31,695 nucleotides of DNA from Planctomycetota bacterium (GTDB taxonomy: Bacteria > Planctomycetota > Phycisphaerae > Phycisphaerales > SM1A02). The stretch lies in assembly GCA_027295365.1 (NCBI GenBank), contig JAPULD010000432.1, positions 1 through 31,695 of the forward strand, in the 5' to 3' direction. Positions 26,009-31,695 of the stretch are shown here, in pieces. Every line of letters starts with the position of its first letter. Positions within the stretch are counted from its first letter, which is position 1. A program made the translations under genes and the position numbers. Below the pieces are notes generated by a model. The model did no database searches, had not been told where the DNA came from, and saw only the letters and a list, made by a program, of their open reading frames with translations.

Positions 26009-28402
26009 ATGTCAACATCACGTATCCTGCTCTCCCTAGCCGCTTGCCTGACGCTGACCACGATTGTTTCCGCGGGCGATGAACCGACGCTTGAGCAGCG
26101 CCTCGAGAAGCTTGAAGTAGCCCTTGAGGCCGCACGCAAAGACGCAAACATCCCCGGCATGTCGATTGCCATCGTCAAGGACGATGAAATCATCTGGACA
26201 CGCGGCTTCGGCCTCGCTGACGTCGCCACCCAGAGGCGAGCCGACGAGAACACGATCTATGGAGTCGGCTCCACGACGAAGGCCTTCACCGCCACGCTTC
26301 TCGGAATGCTGGTCGACGAAGGCAAGGCGAGCTGGGACGATCCGGTGACCAAGTACCTGCCTTACTTCGACTTGCAGATTCGCAGCGACGACGAGAGCGC
26401 CGAGTGTACGCTACGCGATCTGCTCAGCCATCGCCATGGTTTCGCGCGTATGGGAACCCTGTGGTTCGGCGGCAAAGTCGCGCGCGACGAAGTGCTGCGC
26501 ACCGCCACTGGCGCGGAGCCCTGGGATGACTTCCGCGCAGGCTTTCACTACTGCAACGTGACGTACCTCGCCGCGGGCAAGGCAGCGGGTATCGCCGCCG
26601 GCAGCTCATGGGACGAGATGATGGTCGAGCGCATCTTCGAGCCGCTCAAGATGCGTTCGAGCACAATCGACCTGTCCAAGGCTCAGAAGGATGCACGCCT
26701 GGCCCTCGGGTACCGATGGGACGAGTTCGATGAGCAGTTCGAACACGTGACGATGTTCGACTTGAACAGCATCGCTCCGGCCGGAGCGGTGAACTCCAAC
26801 GTCCTCGACATGGCGCAGTGGATGCGATTTCAACTCGGCCAGGGCGAGATCGACGCCAAACGACTGATCTCGACCGAGAGTCTCCTCGAAACCTGGGCAC
26901 CCCAGATCGCGATGGGCAACGGTGCGTCCTACGGCCTCGGGTGGATGCTTCGGGAGCACCACGGTCGCAAGGTCGTCGAACATGGCGGCAACACTGCCGG
27001 CTTCAGCGCGCAGGTGAGCCTCATGCCCGAGGAGAACCTGGGCTACGTGCTCTTGATGAACGTCGGCGCCTCACCCTTTCGGGAGGCCTCGCTCGAACTC
27101 GTCTTCGACGCCTTGCTCGACGAATGGCCTCAAGAGAGCGTCGTGACCGAAGCCGAGGAGGTCGACTTCGAGGATTACCTCGGTACCTACATCGCCAACT
27201 TCGCGAAGTTCCGTGACACGGAGTTCGAGATCCTGATCAACGACGAACATCTGGCGCTCGACGTCCCCAACCAACGGACGTTCGACCTCAAGCGACCCGA
27301 CATAATTGGCAAGTGGATCTCCACCCTGACGGATAGGGTCGCCGTGTCCTTCCAGCGCGACCGTCAGGGCGCGGTCATCGGCCTGACCATGCACACGAAC
27401 GGCTTCAATTTCGAGGTCCCGCGCCAGGGGCTCGAAATCGAACCCGAGGTTCCGCCCCTGGAACTCGAGAAGTACGTGGGCACTTATGTTCGCGCCCAAG
27501 GAGGCAAGCGGGTCAAGCTCTCGATCGTGCAGGGTCGCCTCACCATGGAGGACAAGGGAAACCGGTTGGCGTTCCACACGCCCGACGCCGAGGGTCACGC
27601 CCCTCTGCGCGCCCGCGCGGACCAGGGCGCGACCTTCAAGACGGACGCCGAAGGGATGGCCGAATCCTGCAATTTCCATGGCGGTGACGGAGACAGGCTC
27701 TTCACGCGGCTGGTTGACTCGCTCGATACCGAACTCCCGACCCTTGACGAGGTGCTCGCCCTGCGCAAGACCGACGCGCGAACCGCCGCCATGAAAGCGA
27801 GCCGCGGCACCAAGGTCAGTGGCGAGATCTGGGTCGCCCAGGCCGGTCTTCGCGGCACGCTGACGATCTACGCCCAGGGCAATGACCGCTTCGCCCACCA
27901 CCTGGATTTCGGCAAGTTCGGTCGCATCGACCTGGTGGCCAAGGGCAATGAAGCGTGGCGCTACAACTCGTTGCGCGGCTTCAACGTGATGAAGGGCGAC
28001 GAGCTGGCCCAGGCCATCCTCGGTCATCCCGACGCGGTCGAGGGTGATTGGAACGACTATTTCGACTCCGTCGAGGTCGTCGCCAGCGACACTTTGAACG
28101 ACCGCCCGGTCCATGTCGTCCGCCTCAAGAAGGGCGACCTGCCGAGCCGCACATACAGAATCGACGCCGAACTGGGCGATGTGCTGCGTATGAATCAGAT
28201 CGTGATCGAAGGCTCGCTTCGCACCTCCATCACGACGACCTATTACGACTTCGAGGAACGTGACGGGATTCGCAGCCCCATGCGCATCGAGATCGAGATC
28301 CCCGGGTCGGGGAAGATGATCCTGACCATTGACGAGGTCGAGTCGGGTCTCGAACTTGGCGACGATGTGTTCACGCTCGAGGATCCGGACACGAAGGACT
28401 AG
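26009..28402 (+). CDS. Secreted serine hydrolase (beta-lactamase/PBP-like) with C-terminal beta domains and LolA-like domain
   Basis: AGGAG upstream of ATG 26009; signal peptide; SxxK GSTTK, YCN, EHGG; ~330-aa C-terminal extension beyond the usual DUF3471-type domain. Confidence 0.88.
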   Translation: MSTSRILLSLAACLTLTTIVSAGDEPTLEQRLEKLEVALEAARKDANIPGMSIAIVKDDEIIWTRGFGLADVATQRRADENTIYGVGSTTKAFTATLLGMLVDEGKASWDDPVTKYLPYFDLQIRSDDESAECTLRDLLSHRHGFARMGTLWFGGKVARDEVLRTATGAEPWDDFRAGFHYCNVTYLAAGKAAGIAAGSSWDEMMVERIFEPLKMRSSTIDLSKAQKDARLALGYRWDEFDEQFEHVTMFDLNSIAPAGAVNSNVLDMAQWMRFQLGQGEIDAKRLISTESLLETWAPQIAMGNGASYGLGWMLREHHGRKVVEHGGNTAGFSAQVSLMPEENLGYVLLMNVGASPFREASLELVFDALLDEWPQESVVTEAEEVDFEDYLGTYIANFAKFRDTEFEILINDEHLALDVPNQRTFDLKRPDIIGKWISTLTDRVAVSFQRDRQGAVIGLTMHTNGFNFEVPRQGLEIEPEVPPLELEKYVGTYVRAQGGKRVKLSIVQGRLTMEDKGNRLAFHTPDAEGHAPLRARADQGATFKTDAEGMAESCNFHGGDGDRLFTRLVDSLDTELPTLDEVLALRKTDARTAAMKASRGTKVSGEIWVAQAGLRGTLTIYAQGNDRFAHHLDFGKFGRIDLVAKGNEAWRYNSLRGFNVMKGDELAQAILGHPDAVEGDWNDYFDSVEVVASDTLNDRPVHVVRLKKGDLPSRTYRIDAELGDVLRMNQIVIEGSLRTSITTTYYDFEERDGIRSPMRIEIEIPGSGKMILTIDEVESGLELGDDVFTLEDPDTKD

Positions 28403-28569
28403 CCCCCCTGGCCCCCATGGCGGCAATCAACAGGCCCGGCCCTTGGAGGCGAAGATGGAGAATCGCGACTTCAAGGCCGGGAGCGTAGCGTATTGGCCAG
28501 TACAATTCAGAGTTGCATCCTCAAGAGAAGAGGATGTCTCTTGAAAACCAGATACGGGAAGGGATCGAA

Positions 28570-29979
28570 ATGATGAGCCTTGGATTGCGTCGTACTCACC
28601 TGATCGTCGTGGGCGGACTCCTGCTGGTCATGAGCCATGTTTCGGCGCAAGTCGCCTCTCCCGAGCAGACCGAGACATTGGCGAAAATCAACGCCTTGAT
28701 CGAGCAGGCCCTGAGCGAAACCGGGGCGGTCGGGTATTCCGTCGCGGTGGCCCTCGATGACGGCACGATCTTCGCCAAGGGGTATGGGCTGGCCGAGGTA
28801 GAGCACCAGGTCGAGGCCGACGCCGAGACGACCTTTCGCATCGGGTCGGTGACCAAGCAATTCACAGCCGCGGCGGTCATGAAGCTCATAGAAGATGGAA
28901 AGCTCGCGCTCGATGACGAACTGAGCGAGTTCTTTCCCGATTTTCCCACCCAGGACCACGTGGTCACGATCGAGCATCTGCTCACCCACACTTCGGGCAT
29001 CAAGAGCTACACGGGGGTGCCGAAATTCTGGGAAGAGGGTTCAACCCGAGAGTTGAGCGTTCAGCAGTTGCTGGATTACGTGGACGTGGTGCCCTTGGAA
29101 TTCACGCCGGGCGAGAAATTCGCCTACAACAACAGCGCGTATTACATATTGGGGGCGATCATCGAACAGGCCTCGGGCGTTCCCTATTGCCAGTACTTGC
29201 AGGATGAGTTCTTCACGCCCTTGAGCTTGGAGCGCACAATGTGCGATTCCAACGCCAAGATCATCTCGAATCGCGCCCAAGGGTATCGGATGGATGGGGG
29301 CACGCTCGTCAACGACCAACTCATCGGCATGGACAACCCGGGGGCCGCGGGCATGCTGCTGGGCACCGCCCGGGACCTGGTGTTGTGGAACATGGCGCTC
29401 ATGAAGGGGATGGTCGTGAGCCTCGAGTCGTTGGAGAAGATGTGCACGCCCTACACGCTCAACGATGGTGAGGAGACGGGGTATGGATATGGTTTGGGCA
29501 TCGGCGAGTTCGAGGGCCATCGTCGCATCAGCCACAATGGAGGCATCCATGGCTTCAATTCCACGCTGGCGTACTACCCCGATGATGATCTGTATATTGC
29601 CGTGATCTCCAACGGTGCAGCCTCGGCCGGCAAGCTTGGCACGCAGATCGCCCGTGAAGTTCTGGGGATCCCGTTGGAGGTTGCAAGCAAGTCGCTGAGT
29701 GAGGAAGAGATCGCCAGTTTCGTAGGGGTGTATCACATCGAGCAGATGGACGTTGACATCAAGATCTATCTTGAGGATGACGCGCTGTACCTGAAGCCTG
29801 AGAGGGAAGGCCAGGACGCCTTGAAGCTGCTCTACCAGGGCGAAGGTGAATTTCGGGCTGAACCCGATCCCGAGATCCGCATCGTCTTCGACATTTCCAA
29901 CGGCGATGGCCCCGCCCCGGCGTTCATTCTGCACCAGGGCGGACAGCAGATCTGGGCGACACGGAAAGATGAAGACTAG
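28570..29979 (+). CDS. Secreted serine hydrolase (beta-lactamase family) with C-terminal DUF3471-like domain
   Basis: SxxK GSVTK, LLTHTSGI, YNN, SHNGGIHGF; signal peptide from ATG 28570 (start could be 28534). Confidence 0.9.
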   Translation: MMSLGLRRTHLIVVGGLLLVMSHVSAQVASPEQTETLAKINALIEQALSETGAVGYSVAVALDDGTIFAKGYGLAEVEHQVEADAETTFRIGSVTKQFTAAAVMKLIEDGKLALDDELSEFFPDFPTQDHVVTIEHLLTHTSGIKSYTGVPKFWEEGSTRELSVQQLLDYVDVVPLEFTPGEKFAYNNSAYYILGAIIEQASGVPYCQYLQDEFFTPLSLERTMCDSNAKIISNRAQGYRMDGGTLVNDQLIGMDNPGAAGMLLGTARDLVLWNMALMKGMVVSLESLEKMCTPYTLNDGEETGYGYGLGIGEFEGHRRISHNGGIHGFNSTLAYYPDDDLYIAVISNGAASAGKLGTQIAREVLGIPLEVASKSLSEEEIASFVGVYHIEQMDVDIKIYLEDDALYLKPEREGQDALKLLYQGEGEFRAEPDPEIRIVFDISNGDGPAPAFILHQGGQQIWATRKDED

Positions 29980-30003
29980 TCACATTCATGGATTAGGCGC
30001 TAT

Positions 30004-30714
30004 TCACTCCCCTGGATTCAAGCGATACGAATTTAGCCTACGTTTCGTAACGTCGGCCAATTCAGCCGCTGATACAAATTTGCAATACTTTGAAGCTTCG
30101 ACGGACGTCACTTCAATTGGATTGATCGAATCTGTTTCAGGAGTCAACATAAAACGCAATTCTTTTTGATACGCGTATTTCGTATCCTTTATCAGAGCCG
30201 GAGGCACATCAGTATCTTGTGAGTAGTGGATTACTCGGTCGGCATACTGGCAGTGACCAAAATACACGTTATTGAGATCCAACGGTGACACATTGTGGAT
30301 AGCTTGGGCCAATACGTTGATGAATTCTATCGGACGCAATATCTTCAATACACAATTGTATTCGGGACTGAGCCTGTCCATTATCTCTAAATCAAGCTCA
30401 CATGATCCGCAAAATAGAAACATATCCTGACTATATATTTTCTTGCTGAACTGGCAGTTCACCATTGAGCTGCCTCGACCTGTCAACTTTACAAATGATT
30501 TAGTGAATTCCGGAATTGATTCTGGTCTATCAGCGTACATGTCATCGTCTGAATATATGGTCTTGGTCCCTTCGCCAGAATCTCCAATATCATCTCCATA
30601 ATTTTCTTTCCTTCTAAAATCGCCTAGTGTTCCTATGAGAAAACGACCGGCACGAAGTTGACGTGCATATCGACGTTCCATGTATTTATAAAACACCGGT
30701 AGCGATTTATTCAT
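30004..30714 (-). CDS. AT-rich hypothetical protein with ADP-ribosyltransferase-like motif order (DUF2971-like)
   Basis: FYKY near N-terminus, FLFCGS centrally, KDTKYAYQKELRF near C-terminus; GC about 40%. Confidence 0.7.
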   Translation of the reverse strand: MNKSLPVFYKYMERRYARQLRAGRFLIGTLGDFRRKENYGDDIGDSGEGTKTIYSDDDMYADRPESIPEFTKSFVKLTGRGSSMVNCQFSKKIYSQDMFLFCGSCELDLEIMDRLSPEYNCVLKILRPIEFINVLAQAIHNVSPLDLNNVYFGHCQYADRVIHYSQDTDVPPALIKDTKYAYQKELRFMLTPETDSINPIEVTSVEASKYCKFVSAAELADVTKRRLNSYRLNPGE

Positions 30715-30769
30715 AATGTCATTTTACTCATCATTTGATGGTCCGTCGATCCGCCTCATGACTAGATGC

Positions 30770-30800
30770 GTGCCACAAGCATTGTGGCTCGACGTGGCAC
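30770..30800. terminator. Hairpin between dinB and the AT-rich gene (two alternative stems)
   Basis: GCCACAA-GCA-TTGTGGC (30772-30788) or GTGCCAC/GTGGCAC (30770-30776 / 30794-30800); no clear U-tract. Confidence 0.3.
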
Positions 30801-30820
30801 CTGACAAGACCTTTTAAAAA

Positions 30821-31288
30821 TCAAATCTGATCCCATCCCCACAATGAGTACACCGCATCCTTGTCGAGCGTTTCGCCGCTCACTTTGAGCGTCAACAAAA
30901 TGCGGCCCCGGTGATGGCTTTCGTGGGAGACGAAATACGCCAGCGTGGTGAACAGCCCTCGCCTGAAACCTCGACGCTTTGGCTTGCCTTCACACAGATC
31001 CACCAGATACGTCTGCATGGCTTTGTCCGAGGCGATGAACGCCTTGCGAATCTGCGCCCTCGTGGGTGTGTCCTTGGCAGTGTATTTCACCAAGCCCTTG
31101 CCGAGATCCGGCGCTCGCTTTTCCAATTGCCATACACGGTTGGTGTGCATGTGGGCCAGTTCGCCAAGTACGCCCCGGCCACCCCGCTTCGACAACGTGC
31201 AGTTCAATCCCTCATCGCTGATGTTGTCGATCAGCTTCAGATTCATGCGGCAGTTCGCCCCCCAAGCCTCGATCATTTCCTCGATCAC
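30821..31288 (-). CDS. DinB/YfiT-family protein
   Basis: LAHMHTNR and SHESHHRGRI metal-binding His pattern, 155 aa, GTG start with AAAGGG upstream. Confidence 0.88.
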   Translation of the reverse strand: MIEEMIEAWGANCRMNLKLIDNISDEGLNCTLSKRGGRGVLGELAHMHTNRVWQLEKRAPDLGKGLVKYTAKDTPTRAQIRKAFIASDKAMQTYLVDLCEGKPKRRGFRRGLFTTLAYFVSHESHHRGRILLTLKVSGETLDKDAVYSLWGWDQI

Positions 31289-31507
31289 GTGATGCCCTTT
31301 CGGTTGGCCATCATTCTAAGGGCGATCGATGCGTAAGGCCCGAAACACTGACGGATCAATCGATCACGATATGTGAGAAGCTGGGCCTCGCTTCGATTGG
31401 CCGGGATGAAAATTATCTCCTTCTTCGTAACGCGATCCGCACGCAATCATCCAAGGCTTGTGCGTATGAGAATCTTCTATCGAAATGTACGTCGAAAGGC
31501 TTGATCC

Positions 31508-31695
31508 TTGATCACCACCCCATCATCAACGTCAGCGGGCTCGGAAACGTCCGCGAACCGATTCTTCAACCCCGAGGGCCGATTCGTCGGCCAGAACATC
31601 CTGATCACGGGTGGGTCGGGCGGCATCGGCAAGGCCACGGCCCAACGTATCGCGGCCGAAGGGGGGCGGGTCCTGGTGACGGGGACCAACGCCTC
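31508..31695 (+). CDS. Classical SDR oxidoreductase, N-terminal fragment (runs off window)
   Basis: Manual translation from TTG 31508 (AAAGG 8 nt upstream): ..GRFVGQNILITGGSGGIGKATAQRIAAEGGRVLVTGTNA; not in the ORF track. Confidence 0.88.
   Translation, partial: MITTPSSTSAGSETSANRFFNPEGRFVGQNILITGGSGGIGKATAQRIAAEGGRVLVTGTNA

Overview
High-GC (~60%) bacterial chromosomal window, most likely Planctomycetota/Phycisphaerales (inferred from a C-terminal dockerin-like repeat on a secreted protease and very long efflux adaptors). Left to right: a beta-class N4/N6 DNA methyltransferase (truncated by the window edge, absent from the ORF track), a 73-aa basic helical protein and a class II Fic protein; a ~930-aa GH35 beta-galactosidase homologue whose catalytic and galactose-binding residues are all replaced; divergently, a TolC-family lipoprotein and THREE tandem paralogous periplasmic adaptors with no inner-membrane transporter in the window; rmuC, ubiX, a lipoprotein, an NDP-sugar epimerase; an AT-rich solo KAP-family NTPase; a small membrane protein; an M36 metalloprotease with a ~240-aa insert; a GAF-SpoIIE phosphatase; an Nramp-like transporter with a structured leader; two serine hydrolases (one fused to a LolA-like domain); an AT-rich ADP-ribosyltransferase-like orphan; DinB; and a partial SDR. 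The best candidate for an undescribed system is the TolC + 3 adaptor cassette (gapless 190-residue N-terminal ruler, prepilin-like RG|hydrophobic junctions, shared hairpin tips, divergent tails) and its divergent pseudo-GH35 neighbour. No rRNA, tRNA, CRISPR, transposase or integrase was seen. All family calls come from motif recognition by eye; no searches were run.
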